The translations under genes were made by a program, and so were the position numbers. A DNA stretch of 64,000 nucleotides from Psilocybe cubensis (taxonomy: Eukaryota), in contig CM039003.1 of the NCBI GenBank assembly GCA_017499595.2, positions 2,728,001 through 2,792,000 of the forward strand, written 5' to 3'. A model generated the notes under the pieces. That model made no database searches and had not been told where the DNA came from. It saw only the letters and a list, made by a program, of their open reading frames with translations. Shown in pieces: positions 1 through 20,643 of this stretch; the first letter of the stretch is position 1, and each line of letters begins with the position of its first letter.

Positions 1-217
1 TCTACTTGTGGAAATTCGGTGCTCTAGGTTATCTGTGATACCTTCGATGTACATACTAGTAATATGGATAATCGGAAATAATTTTCGATTGAAAGTATTG
101 TTCAAGAATTCTAAGTAACGAACGACTAGACAGGTAAGTATATAGTCTCTGAAGTCCGAGCTACGTGTATGTCCAGAGATTAATAAATAAATGTTCGCCA
201 TATAATGATGTCACTGC

Positions 218-6798
<6,581 letters not shown>

Positions 6799-6961
6799 GA
6801 AAGTCTGTAAAATTGTTATCCCATCATATATACTCAACACGCCCTCGTCGGGCAGGAGCCACCGTGTGTAAGCATGATAAGTACTCGGCGATCAGAGCGT
6901 TGTAATTGAGGCAAAAATAGCATGCCATGGAAGTACATTTATGCTTACTCTGTTCTTCCTA

Positions 6962-7553
6962 AGATTGGGCTCATCAGAAACCAGCACCCTTACGTAATCA
7001 ATGGGCTTGGCGCCAAGAGCGGCCAAAATCCAGCTCGAAAAAAAAATCAAAAGTTATGTTGACGGAAAATGGTTTCAGACAAAAAGTTTAAAAAAAAAAA
7101 ATTCATAAATGTGCATATACAATCCTTACTACTAGCCTTTATGCCCACAATAATAGAATTACACCTCAGAGGTCAAATTGTAGTCTCTGGAAGTCCATAA
7201 TGAGTCTGAGAGGTATTACTTAGGCGTGACTTATTGTCACGTGTGGTCACGTGTACCATTATATAAGCGGCCAAAAGAACATTGTCAAATTTTCGAAAAT
7301 CTCCCAAACTCGAGAAAACACCATTTCTGACGTGTTAGACTAAAAAAAAAGGAAAAAAATTAAAATCTTTATAACTTCTTGAGATCAAAATTTTTTTGAA
7401 AAAAAAAACCACAGATGTGTTCAAAGAAGCATAACCTACATATCTGTGGTTCAAAAATGTAGAATAGTGTGAGTGCAGAAGGGTTGAAAAGGTTCGGAGG
7501 TAAGCCAACTTTTGCTTACCTAAGGGGGTGCTGGTTCCTGATGAGCCCAATCT
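6962..7553. mobile_element. Non-autonomous TIR element (MITE), ~590 bp, TA flanks
   Basis: Left end AGATTGGGCTCATCAGAAACCAGCACCC-TTACGTAATCAA matches the reverse complement of the right end (…TTGCTTACCTAAGGGGGTGCTGGTTCCTGATGAGCCCAATCT). TA on both sides (6960-6961, 7554-7555). Interior is AT-rich with A-tracts and no credible ORF. Confidence 0.85.
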
Positions 7554-7901
7554 TATTGGATTGTTGAAAGCGAGATGCATATGTGTCCACGACATGATGT
7601 TCATTTCAGCGTGATACGGAGAAAAGTCGGGAGAGAAGCGACGAAAGAAATAGTGGAACGATGATTGGTGGATGCAGACGCGAAGGAGCTTGCCCTTAAG
7701 TTTGCACATGATCCAAAATGAATAAACAGACCGTCGCGACTCGCGAGTCCATCGGCGCGACAGACTGGTCAGACGCCAAATGCTGTCATTGAATCTGATC
7801 AAGCTATGTCAAAGGAATCATAAATCAGCTACACATTCTAATAATTCAGTCAAATTTCGGGGACTACACGTGTATCCAACTCCCGATCATATCAGGCTAC
7901 A

Positions 7902-10900
7902 TCAAAGCTTGTGACTTGTGAGCTCGTTTAGGAGAATCTTGTCCTTGCTTTCATCCACCAAAGCACGTAGAATACCTTGGGGGTATTGTAGCAGAGCACT
8001 CGGGGTGTCAAATTCGACCTATGTGTAGTGTAAATATATCAAGAGACTGGTATAAATCGAAGCAAAACGCACAATCTTGCCACTTTCAAGCACCATCTGT
8101 ATGCCAATCAGTATATTTAGGGGTGCACACATAAATTAGAACCTACAATTTTATCGGCATCCATAATGGTCTGTAATCGATGAGCAACAGTTATAACGGT
8201 GACATCCGCCCCGAGCTTGCTTCGAAGAGTGCTCTGAATCACCGCATCAGTTTTATAATCTACACTCAACACGACCGTCAGTATTATCATTATTGCAGTG
8301 TACTTTAAATACATACCAATCGCAGACGTGGCTGTCAGTAAGCGTGGTAAACATGATGGATGCATCTCGAGTAATAAAGAAACAGCACAAACCTTCATCC
8401 AGAATCAATAATTTACTACCACGAACCATGGCCCTGGCGAGTGCAATAATCTGCCTTTGACCAACAGAGAGGTTGTTACCGCCTCCTGCGATCTTACTAT
8501 CCAACGTGAGCCTCACTTCACCTGCTTCTTCTTGCAGCGAAAATAGGCCAGCAGCACGGAGCGCATCGTTCAAGGTGGCATCGTCGTTTTGACCAAATGG
8601 ATCTAAATTCTGACGAAGAGTGCCTTTAAAGTATGACTCAGCTCACAATACTTTCGATTAACAGAACCTTCGTACCACTAAGAAGTTCAGGCTATAGAGG
8701 TTAATGAGCCAACACACTGTCGAAATATACAAATTTTTGTGCTCACTGTTTGAGGAATAATGGTGATGTTGGACCTTAAGACATCGAGATTGAGGGTACC
8801 CGTAGCAATTCCATCGAAGAACACCGTGCCTTCTGTCAAAATACATCTCAAAAGAGCAAGAGTGAGAGAGCTCTGTGGGATAAGCTGTCAGCCACAAATG
8901 ATTACGTAATATCGAATAGGAGCTACCTTTCCGCTGCCCGTCCGACCGACTGTAATACGCGCTAAGAAAGTCTATTATAAAGAAAAACAATGGAACGTAC
9001 CAACGCCAATTCGCTGACCCGATGAAATATGGAAAGATAAATTGTGTAGCACTCTAGGCCCCGTCTGAAGCAATAAAGGTATGAAGTGTTAACCTGAGTC
9101 GAAGCCCGAGCATAGGGCAAGGTTCCTTACCTGAGAATATTGAGCAGATAGACCCTCTACGCGGATGTCTCCGCTTGTAGGCCAAGATGCAGGAGGAAGA
9201 CCAGATGATGTTGGCTTCGGCTCTTGATCGATATCGATATATCCTTGGATACGCTCTAAGCTACAGTCAATCCGTCAATCTCCGCTTACCATAAATCGGC
9301 AGTCAAACGTAACACAGCACACCTATTCGACTCCACCTCAAGGTCGTTGACAACCCTGATCAGCCAAAATATATACAGCGTGAAGCCAAAGCCTAGTGTA
9401 AGGGAGAATCCAGTATTCGAGGCACTGATGTTTGAGCCGTAAACCAGGTATAAGGCAAGTGCAGAGGTGAAAAGGGCACCAAGTGCATCAATACGGAACC
9501 CAATCCACCTATTAATCGTCCAGGAGGTCCTCGCCGTTCGAGAATAATGATCGATCCGATCAAAGGACACCTCTCGAAACGCCTTTTGCATCCCATAGGC
9601 CCGAATCGACACTGGTAACAGAACAACTGAATGTTGTACTACATTGTCAATACACATGCAGTAACCCACCCAGGCCCTGAATCGTTGCACCAAAATGTGC
9701 AAGAAGAGGCGCACGAGCATTGCTTTGTTACGAAATCAATCAATACCAAATTTCATTAACCTCCAAAACCAGACATCCACTCACCTCATCTCTCTCTTAA
9801 TCGACAACTGAGCGCGCATATACAGATTTCCCACATATATCCCTAACACAGCAACAGCAACACCCGGAAACACAAACACCGGACTGAACAGAACGATCCC
9901 TCCCAATGTTCCTAGCATACCAATGAATTGGCTGCCGACCCACATGAGCGAGTGAGGGATGGGCTCGTCGACTGTTTGGATGTCTTGTGTAAACCTGGTG
10001 ATGATGCGTGCGGTTGGAGTTTCATCTAGCCATCTGAACGGGTAGGATATCATCAGTGGGGGGATTTGCAACTGGAGATGCAGGAATGCATACCGTAATG
10101 TACTCCTGAAGACAGCATCAGCGAGTTTGTAATGTATCACTTTGGACGCTTCGATTGAACGCGAGCTGAAGTAATAGTTGACTCCCGCATAAATTAGAAC
10201 CCCTGCTCCAAGTATAGATGAGAACACCGAAAGATAGCTACACATCCCAATACATCAATATCCCAAGAAATCCTCTCATACGTTATAAAAATGAAAAACT
10301 CACAACCAAAGCCTAACTTCTGATGCAGGATACTTTTCATACTGGGCACCCCAGACGCCTAAAAACCACGGCTGCATCATAAAGGTAGCCTCGCACAACA
10401 CCAGGCCTCCAATCCACAGCACTCCGAACAGTGTAGGGTGTCTTCCACCTAGCGCTGACAGGAGCAGCTTCATAGAACGCCATGTTATGTGACCCTCGAC
10501 GATTTCCTCGGCCATGACGAGCTTCCCAGCGGGGTTGGTAGAGGATGAAGGAACGAGTGCGTCAGTGGGCTTTTCTGGAGGTGGCAATGTCATGTACTGT
10601 GTCCCCTTCACCGTTTCGGGGTGTGCCGTATCGGAATTATTTATCGCCCTGCTGTGGCTTGAGATACTTCCATCTGATCCCAACGTAACAACCATTTCAG
10701 CAATAGGGGACACAAGCGCAACATTATGGGTCTAGAGGGGACTTCAACTACAATGAAAAAATCATCTGGCATCACACTCACTACTAGAAGAACAGTCCTT
10801 CCTTTCACCAAATCCCCACAGAAGCACTTATTCACAATCCAAACCGCTCTAAATTGCTTATAAGAATGTCAACAAACATGAGGAGGCGTGAGAAATCTTA

Positions 10901-13900
10901 CGTATGCACGTCCAAAGCAGCCAGAACATCGTCTAAAAGGATAATTTCCGCAGAAGAATAAATGGCTCTCGCAAGAGTAACTCGTGCCTGCAAAATTTAT
11001 CAGTAACTTGCTTGGTACTACCATCGCAATCGGCACAAGTACCTTTTGACCACCGCTAAAATAATTTGATGTTACCGGCGCTTAGACAAATATAACCGTG
11101 GGAAAGATCACGCACCTGAGTGTCAAGCCCCTTTCACCAACCTCCGTCTCATCACCCGCATCGAACAGCTCCAAATCGCGTTCCAGCGCGCATTGATTTA
11201 ACACTTTAAATCGGCTTTAGCAAAGACAACTGATGTATAGAATTACACACCTTTTTTGTACCTCTTTTCGTCAAACGCATATCCAAACACGATATTCTCA
11301 CGAATGGTCGCATTTTGTACCCACGTTTCTTGCGAAGCGTACGCAACGCCGCCCTGTCTCGGTAAGTTATACCAAGATCCAGAATTTCCTGGGATATAGT
11401 GCATCTCGCCTACCAATATTTCAATAGTTTAATCATGCCAAAAGACAAGGAGATAAAAATAAGAGACGTACCAAGAAGCGCCATGAGCATCGAAGTTTTC
11501 CCTGATCCACTGAAGCATACCCGGTAGACAACTATTATTTATATATGAAAACTTGTTGAAGGACTTACGTAGGACCGACGATGAGATTGATACAGTTTCG
11601 TTTGAACACCAGTTCTCCATCGATGCGAAGTTTGTACGACCTCTGGCTGTCACGATCTGACGACGAGAGGCGGTCCTCTGAATCAGCCGACCAAGTGAAT
11701 ACGGCGTCTTTGAATCCAATAGTGCCCTCGTTTCCATTTTCACGACAAATATCCTCTGCGGACGAGTTTGTCGATGACTGTAGGTCACTTTCACCCTCGT
11801 GCAAATATCGATCTAGCAATTCGCTTTCCTGCAAAAACGAGTTCGCACGATCAAGCGACACCTTCGCTACACAGACAAACATTCAAGAAGAAAATATCAG
11901 AACCCCACACATCCACACACATCAAACATAATAGAAACCATAGGCTAACTCACTAACCTTCAATAACAAGGGTATACTGGCCCGCAACTCTCGCTACCTG
12001 CTCCCGCACCACTAATTCAACAGCCATACTAGAAAATATCTTCGAGGCTGTTATGCATGTCCAAATTACATGAGCATTCGACTATATTCACCAACACGAG
12101 CCGAGCCGAGTGATTGTTTAGACGTACGAACCTGTTAACTCCTGACCCATAATAATCGTGTACGTCCCGTACGTCATGAGCATTGACAACGTTGGCGCCA
12201 GAATACTGAAATATGCATTATCAAAATCAGGAGAATACGTGAATACATTGGAGTTATAAAGACTCACCTCGCACAGTCGTTCGCAAGTGCAAGTTTCTTT
12301 TACACAAAGCATACAAAAATTAAAGAGATGGGCACAGTCACACGCTATACAGTAGGAAGCACGCACACACCTTCATAGCCCACAACCAACCCAATTCTTC
12401 ATCCCGCTTCCTCTCAAGTGGTTCAGTCATCTGTCGCTCCCACCCGAAAAGTTTGATCATCCTTAGAATTCCAACAGCTAATAAAATAAAAACAATACCC
12501 CAAACGCTAAATCAATTTCACAAGAAAAGAGATGTTCGACTTGGATTGAACGAACCTTCAGAGATGGACTGTACTCTCGCATCTGTCTATCGCAACCAAT
12601 CAGTACTCCGATACAAGATGATGGAAGAGAAGGCGTACGAGTTTCATCTTAGTAACCTGCACATCCTGAATTTTCTTCCCAATAAATCCAACGACGGGCG
12701 TAAGCGCTAACGTAGTGAAAAGTCCAGCAAACGCCCTATACAAAAAAAAATCAACACCAGATTCTTCAATAACACAAAAGCGGAGGAATGGAAGAAGGAG
12801 ACTGACGCCCATCCAAGAATATTATACAAAAACACAATCGAAAGCGCGATCTGCAGCGTCACGACGATAACTTTGTAAGAGACAGGGGTTAGTTTGGTTC
12901 GTGACATTGTCCGCGAGAAGATATTACGTACGGAAAGAAGGAAAATCACAGCCTTCAGCAATACTCTGCAAATCACTCGTGACGAGGTTATTTATCCTCC
13001 CTACAAAATGTTCTCCCCCGCTCACGCTCCCTGAATCTACAGGCGACGTTGTCCTCTCCCCCTCCCTCCCCGTCTCGGACCCAGCCTCCATCTCAGCACC
13101 AGCATCAGCCTTCACCCTAACACACAACCCCCGCTCAAAAAAAGCCTGCATCATTACCGCCTGCACTCTCACTCTCACCTTTGTCTGCACATACGAGTTC
13201 CACTGCTTCACGGCAGACTCCCCTACAGGTCCGATGAGCATTAGAAGGGGCCACACCCACGGTTTGATTTGGGATGCGGTTGTGGTGTGATTGTCACGAT
13301 TCTCGAGATATCTGGTTGGGTTCATCCGGTTAGCATTGTTTTGAAGGATCTTGGATGGATATATGATGTGGAACTTTACCTTAATGTCCTGTTTATCCCG
13401 ATTGGCGCGACGAACGTCGCTAGAGCATGTATGACGCTTCCGACAAAGATGATCACGAGTTCGTATCCTACGTACAACCAACTCATCAACCCCCATCAAA
13501 TGAATGTTAGGATTAGGCTTACGGAAGAATGCTACTAGGCCAAAGAATATATGACGACGACGCCTCGCTCCGGGAAAAGGGTCAACAAACTGCAACAAAA
13601 AATTTCAGATCCATCCATCCATCCAGGGAAAGGGGAAGTGATAAAGACCCTTGAAGCACGACCTGAGAGGTACCGTGCACAGTCATAGTCTGCCAACGGA
13701 GGTAGCTGGTCATGTTTCAAGTGCCGGACCTTGTTGGCCAATTTGATCAATGGATCCATGTATGTATATGTCAGAGCTGAGAACCAAGAAGCCGTTTGCT
13801 CCGGATTCGGGGTGGGGGATGGGTTCTAAAGGAATACCAGAAGTTAGCATATGAGTCATCAGGGTTGAGAGTGGAAGCGCACTTTGTGGTCCAGTGGGAC

Positions 13901-14701
13901 ATATGGATGGGGTATAAAAAGCGGTATGACGATTGCCAATAGAGAAAGCAAGGCGATTTTGACCCAGAGAATGGCTCCTTCAGCGTTGTCGGCCGGTTCC
14001 GTGCCATACTGAGCTAATGGCCAAACGTTTCGATACGCGTAGACGCCCAGAAGTGATAGGAGGACGGAGACGTGGAATCTGACTGGAGAGGGAAAGATAG
14101 ATGAAGGCCAGAATGACAATATTGATAGCAAGGCAGCGTATGCCTAGGTTTACACAATCAACCCGAAATCAGAAATTGAAATGGAACTGCAGTTCACACT
14201 CACAATAGCCAGGGTCAGAGCCTCCTGAGTGCATATTGAGCGATGAAGCGATGATGTTCCATGAAGGGTGGTGGTGTTGTAGCCTTCAATATTGGTGCGG
14301 GAGAAAAGATACAGCAGCAGCAGTGTGCACAGCAGTCGCGCTACCATAAAGCCAAAAATGACAGAACCGCCTCTTTTTTGGATTCCGCGCTTCCACCCGT
14401 GAAATATGACTTGAGAACGCGAGCCATCATCCCCTTGGGACGCGTCTGAACCACTGGGCAGAGTATCATTTTGGTTGTTTCTCAACCAGCGTCGGTAGAG
14501 TATTAGAGCTGCATGGCTTAGCTGGAGGGCCATGAGTATCGAAGAGAGGAGTAGCGGGATGAGTCGCAGATCTATCGGAACACTGAAAGTTATAAGTAAT
14601 AACAAAAGTCGAGTCGATAGCATAAGAACTCACGCGTTCTCATTGGCGAACATCATTACCGTCTGTCTGTCTTCAAGTTGGTGCATAAACACGATTATCA
14701 T
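7902..14701 (-). CDS. ABCC/MRP-type full-length ABC transporter, multi-exon (gene 2, tandem paralog of gene 1)
   Basis: Same motif set as gene 1: [102 protein letters not shown]. Stop TGA at 7902-7904. Start at 14701 (MIIVFMHQ) was chosen by homology to the first exon of the paralogs. Confidence 0.9.
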
Positions 14702-15636
14702 TTGCTATACAAATAGGTAAGATTTGCTGAGAGAATAAAGCGAGAAAGGCCCTCAGTCCTCTGTAAAGAGAAAATTCGACCGTAAATATAAGTCCTCACG
14801 GGCACAGGGTCCGACATGGGTACAGGGTGCAGATGAGGTCAATGTGCTCAGAGCATATGGAAGATGTGGATCAAAAGACGGTACCGCATCCAAAAATAGG
14901 GCACGAAAAGTAACAAGTCATTTCGTCACTGATTCACCCGGCCCTAAATTGCTCGGCGCATCGCTCTTTTGGAATGCAATGATCGCCACAAACAACGCAA
15001 GATACACGTTTACAAAACTTGTGCAACGGAACCATGAGCATGTTGAACGAGTGGTCGTTTCGATGGCTCTGACTCGCCGAAGGAGGTCGCGATGACGCAG
15101 GTCAGTCCCTGAGCGGATAAGTAAAACGTTAAACTCCGGAATGCCCGTCCTTAGCTGAGTGAGCGAACAAAACGCGCATATATACCGTTATGTCCGTTGT
15201 AAAGACATATATGCGCGAGGCTTGATGTGTATGAAAATTTGCGGGTGCCCTCCTTAAAGGATAGTGTCCACAAATGAATGAACCTGTCCTTCTTATTGCG
15301 ATTGACTCCAGTCTTCTGTTTTCTACCGAAAGCTGAGCCCACGAAGAGAACATGAACTAGTAAGGATACGAAGCGCGCTTGCAGTCCAAAAGTTCATGTT
15401 GAAGTATATATTTGTGTAGAACGGAGCTTGAGCATGAACGCGGCATTGATGGTGGGAGGAAGAGTTAGGAGGGCGAAAATCCAATCTTATCGCACCCGTG
15501 CACATGACTGACAAAAGCCGAATGCTGCCGACGGCCATCCTGTCTTTCCAGTATTGCGTCGTGCGATGGACGTTCCCTGGGGCTTATTCATCCTCATCCT
15601 CCCTTCACAGGCAATTTCAACCCACAAAGACCCCTC

Positions 15637-17152
15637 ATGCTCCTCACAGACCTCCCGCCCGAGCTTATCGAGGAAGTGCTCACCTACTGCGACCCTCTCG
15701 ATGTCTCCAAGCTAGCCCAGATGTGCAGCACACTGCGAAAGCTCGTCTATGGCGCCGAAGATTCCAAACTATGGCGCGAGCTCTACCTCATGCAGCCGTT
15801 CGACGACCCCCGGCACTGTATTGCGCAGGACGGCAACCCCGTTCCCCAGCCGATCGCATGGCGGGACGAGCTGCAGCGTCTCATGCGCGTGCGAACCATC
15901 CTTACCTCATCCAACGCCTTTGCGATCCTCAAACCAGGCGAACTCAAAGTAATCCTCAAATTCATCCTCAAATTCATCAGCAACGTCCCCCCGATCTCGC
16001 CCTTTGGTGATGTAGCCATGAACCACGTCTGGGCTGTCGCGATGCTTCAAGGCGGGTTCATAGATCTACTAGAGAACAAAGAGGGGAAGGACGACGAGGA
16101 GAGGCAGCTCACCTCGAAGCTGCACACATACTACGGGATCACCGTCGCAGACAAACAGGCGCGCAAAAGGGTTCTCTCGCGCGCCTTCGTCTATTCTCTG
16201 CGCAACTACCGCCCCGAGACGGAGTACGGCCCGTTCTTCTCCTCGGGCGCGGTCAACTGGGAGCACATGCAGGCTATCCACCACGTCGTGTCCATGCACC
16301 TCGTCGATCTGCAGGAGGAGGCGGATTATAAGTTTCCGATTTTCCCACTGAGTTTGCCGTTTACGCAGTCGGCGATCCCGCCTGAGTTGGCGCTGGACGA
16401 GCCGGAGAGTGATTGGGCGGGGGTTGCGGGCACATGGAATGTGTCGTTTTGCTTTTGCGACCATCGGGACTTATTGAGTGCGTTCTTATGCGATATATGG
16501 GTGCTTTTGCTAACACGTTTATCAGGGTTTAATGAAGCTAATGTATGCGCCTCTCTCCTACCTCACCGAGCCTTTTAACAATCCACAGGAATCACGGGTA
16601 GACTACTCGATGTTTGAAGACCCCGAGTTCCGCGAGGAGTTCCGCTCTTTAGGTGTCACCCTGCACATCACACGCACAAAGCCTGACCCGCAGCATCCGA
16701 CGAGACCAGAAATTCATTTCTTCGGCGAGATGATGGCCCCATCGAATTCGACGATGATTGGGCATGTTAAGATGACGAATGAGAATCAGATTCAGTGGCA
16801 TTTTGTACGTGTGTTCCGGTTAAGGGTAGTTTTTTGGGTTTGTTGTTGATGGTGTGCTAGGTATCGGGAGACCAAGGGAATGGCATCTGGAGGTATGGTT
16901 GCATTTGATTGCACTCTTTTATGTTCTCATGATTTGTACAGCTCGGAAGGCATACAGGTGGGCGGTATACGATCCAGCTACGGGGTGCTCGGATCATGGA
17001 CAACTGTATTCCACGACTTCGACGACCCCGTCGGTACGTTTTCATATTCTCTTAACCGACATCCTTCGTTTATAATCGCATCGCTCTCAGGTCCTTTCTG
17101 GATGATGAGAAGAAATGCGTCAAGCGGAGAGCCTTTCCCACAGATATACTAA
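15637..17152 (+). CDS. F-box domain protein (multi-exon)
   Basis: N-terminus MLLTDLPPELIEEVLTYCDPLDVSKLAQMCSTLRKLV fits the F-box consensus (LP.E....I...L....L......C). Downstream exons encode W/SSEGIQVGGIRSSYGVLGSWTTVFHDFDDPV/GPFWM. Stop TAA at 17150-17152. Confidence 0.85.
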
Positions 17153-17663
17153 GGCGCTATATCACACCCCCTTGACTTGGAGTAAGCATTAAATGTATAT
17201 GTAAATGTAGGCTTTTATTCGACACTGCTCATTGTATTATGTTGTGTAAGCTAGGAAATATTATTTATTTGATGTGCGTCTCCTAGATCTACTCCTGATA
17301 ACCAACGGATTCGCTTTCACCCTCAAGCTCAATCTCGCGTTACGGAGGATCCTTCGTCGATTCGAACCTGTGTTAGTTTTCTGGGCCTTTGGGCCTTTGG
17401 AAGCCGTATGCCCGGGCTAAGGCAAAAAACGCCTACCCTGAAGTTATACTTCGATCACGAGATCATTATTACCCAGGGTTCGAACTTGAACGCTTGGCGT
17501 TGAAGTTCAGTTTGAAAAAGAACGCGTTGATTGACGCGTTATTATCCCTCTATTCTCCATCATTAGTCGCTGAATCTTCGGTACACAGAAGCTGTCTCAA
17601 GGCTTGCATCGATCCAGACGTCAAACAGCAAATTTCTGCTCGAAACGAGGACGCCGGGTAGTA

Positions 17664-19936
17664 ATGGGTGCTGCAGGTGTTGAGGGCCAATTTGTAGGCC
17701 CTATGCCTATCGAAAATATGCTGGAGCTGCTGCCGGTCATGGATCTAAAGCAAAAGATGGAAGTTATGCCACACTTTACGAAGAATTATTTCTTTGGACT
17801 GGACGAACAAGACGAGAAGAAGGAGATGTGTAATTCATTCGTAAGTCCCTCTGTCTATCTCCTTCATTCTCCTTCATTCTGATTGCTTTACTTTTGCTTT
17901 GATATATAAAGATTCAACGTGTTGGAGCGAGTCAAGCTATTTCAGGGTTCCAGCTGGTTAACTCGTCGGCATATTCCTATGCAGATTCAGAGGCTTTGGT
18001 GCCTGATGTGGTGGCGTATAAACAGAGCGTAGCAGTCCCGCAAAACAGCATCGACTACATGGAGCTGGAGTTGATTTTCGAGTTTAGAACCCAGCAAGAC
18101 AAAGCGGACCCTTTTGATCATAGAGCCACCAAGGATAGCATTGACTCGGAAAGCCAGTTGGATTCAACCGAATCACAACATCCTTTCGAGGCTAGAGGCG
18201 ACGCGAACAAGGTGTGCCCAAGGCGGATATACAACTATGCGAAAATGTGGCTCGGAGCTCAACACCGCACGCATTGCTACATCGTGGATATTGGGGACCC
18301 CTACGCACGAATTATTCGGTTTGATCGTGCGGGTGCGCTCGTCTCCGAACAGATTAATTATCGGATTGATGGACATTTACTTCTGGAATTTCTCTGGCGA
18401 CACTCTCAAACCACTGACGAAGCCCGTGGGCACGATACAACGGTCAGAATGGTGCCTCTAGACGACGAGAAAGTCAAGCTGGCACAGAGCAAGCTATGCC
18501 AATGGAGACCACAAGATCACAACGCCAAAGTTCTCGAAATGGATATTCCACCAAGTGCTGGTGGGGTGGCACATACAGTTTATGTTTGGGGGGCTTTATC
18601 TGAACCACACTCACTGATTGGAAGGGCGACGCGAGGGTACCCGGCGTGGGACCCCAGTCGTCCGGAGGGGGAGGACATTGTCTTTTTGAAGGATTCCTGG
18701 AGATCGTGTGCGCCAGGTATGGAAAAGGAAACCGATATACTTCAGACTCTGAACAAACATGGTGTCCGAAATGTACCACAATACCTCTACGGCGACGACA
18801 TACCTGGCCATAGGACAATCACCCAGGATTATACCGAAGCAGAATGGAATGCAGGTGGAGTCGCAAAGGACGTTATAAAGAGAGTGCACATTAGATTCGT
18901 TGAAGACGTTGTCGGTCTTCCTCTCTGGGAGTTCGAGAACCCAAGGCAGTTGGTCGTGGCTATACATGATGCTATAATTGGTAAGCATTGAGTGATTTTC
19001 GTGATTCAATGCTCATTCAATTATCCTGCGGCAGCTCACCAAGATGCGTATCAGCTCTGCGGGATTCTACACAGAGACGTGAGCTTAGGAAATATCCTAC
19101 GGAGGAGAGATGGTAAAGGCGGAGTGCTGAATGACTGGGACCTGGCAGCACGCTACAACATTGAAACACATACTCCTCTCAAGCAGCAATCTCGGTCGGT
19201 GAGTGACTTGATTTGCTCGGGTGATGACTTGCGGCTAACAATGTACTATTACCAGGGAACGTGGCAGTTCATGTCAATAGGACTTCTCGAGGACCCGTCA
19301 AAGGTTCACCACTGCATCGACGACGCCGAGTCTTTTATTTGGGCCCTTCTTTACTGCACTATGCGTTACATGAAGACCAGCATTGTGCCTATAAGGTTGC
19401 AATCAGTAATGGAGAGGATATTTGATCAAGTTGACCGAGATGTCCCAGGCGAATTAAACACAGGCGGGGCTGGCAAACAATCTTTCGTCACCGGCAATCG
19501 TTTTAGCTTCGGAGGCTTCGTTGTTAGCGACAATGAACCACTGACAAGCCTGATAGCTAAACTCTTCAAAAGTATTATTTTAGAGTTTCGCATTCGTCTT
19601 GCAGGGTCTCCCATCCACATCGACAAACTTATGATAGACCACCAATTTACTCGTGAACAGGCTCAAGAAACATTTGACCGCGAAACCAACGAGCTAGGAG
19701 TGCAGCTTTATCTACTTATGGAATCAACTTTAAAGGAGTCCCTCAACAAGGATTGGCCAAGCAGTGATTTCGGTTGGCACGACTACCTCGAACTGTTAAA
19801 GACCGCAAATGCTAAAAAGCATCCCGTTGACTCCGCGTTTAGTTCTGTTTTGGATGGGTCTCCCTTGCACCAACCAAGGAAGAGACAGAAGCATTCCAAT
19901 GATACACCATACCTTTCTTCCGGGTCTTTATCTTAG
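17664..19936 (+). CDS. Fungal-type protein kinase (FunK1/Pkinase_fungal-like), copy A, 4 exons
   Basis: Motifs FVGPMP, ARIIRFDRAG, GRATRGY, VFLKDSW, HRDVSLGNIL, LNDWDLA, RS/GTWQFMS, HHCIDDAESF; three GT-AG introns. Confidence 0.88.
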
Positions 19937-20643
19937 GTGTCCCAGATCAGACCCAACATATTCTAATACGCAATAATGGACCAAGTAGGAATCAGTATAT
20001 AATCCTAAAGACGCTACTCGATCTTCAAGTACATAGCATGCATTTTCCCTTTGTCATCTTGGATTTTGCAATTTTCATTCATCAGCTTTCAAGTACTATC
20101 ATACTAATAATTTGCTTTGAACTTAATGCTTGATATTTAATTCTGTTTTGAAAAACCTTTGTCAGATTGGAGGTTTAAATTCAAACCCAAAGCTTGAGGC
20201 TCGGATGATCATTTGCGGAAGTTTAAGAGGATTATTGGAGAATACTCGAGAGAAACTCGAGGTGAGAAAAATAAGAGAATTCTTTACTATCCAATTTGAT
20301 ACTGTTGAAATTTTCTTTGAAGTCTGATTTCCAACTTGTTTCCAACATCTCGAGGCTTGAACTGTCGTCGATGAGTACCGCTGTGACTCGGAACTTGAAG
20401 TGACTCAAAATAGTCCAACTCAAAAACGCCTGCCCTAAGGTCAGATCACGAGGTCAGTCTTCGAAGTACGGAGCGCGCGCCGCATGCATAGAGTTGGTTC
20501 GTGGAAATAACTAATTTAACACGATATATTTGCGATATCTCAAACCATTCCTTGCCAATAGACCTTAGGTGGACGGACAACATAGTTTGCAGCGAACCAA
20601 ACATCAAGCAGTACCGTATTCTGGGCGGAACACTGTGGGATTC

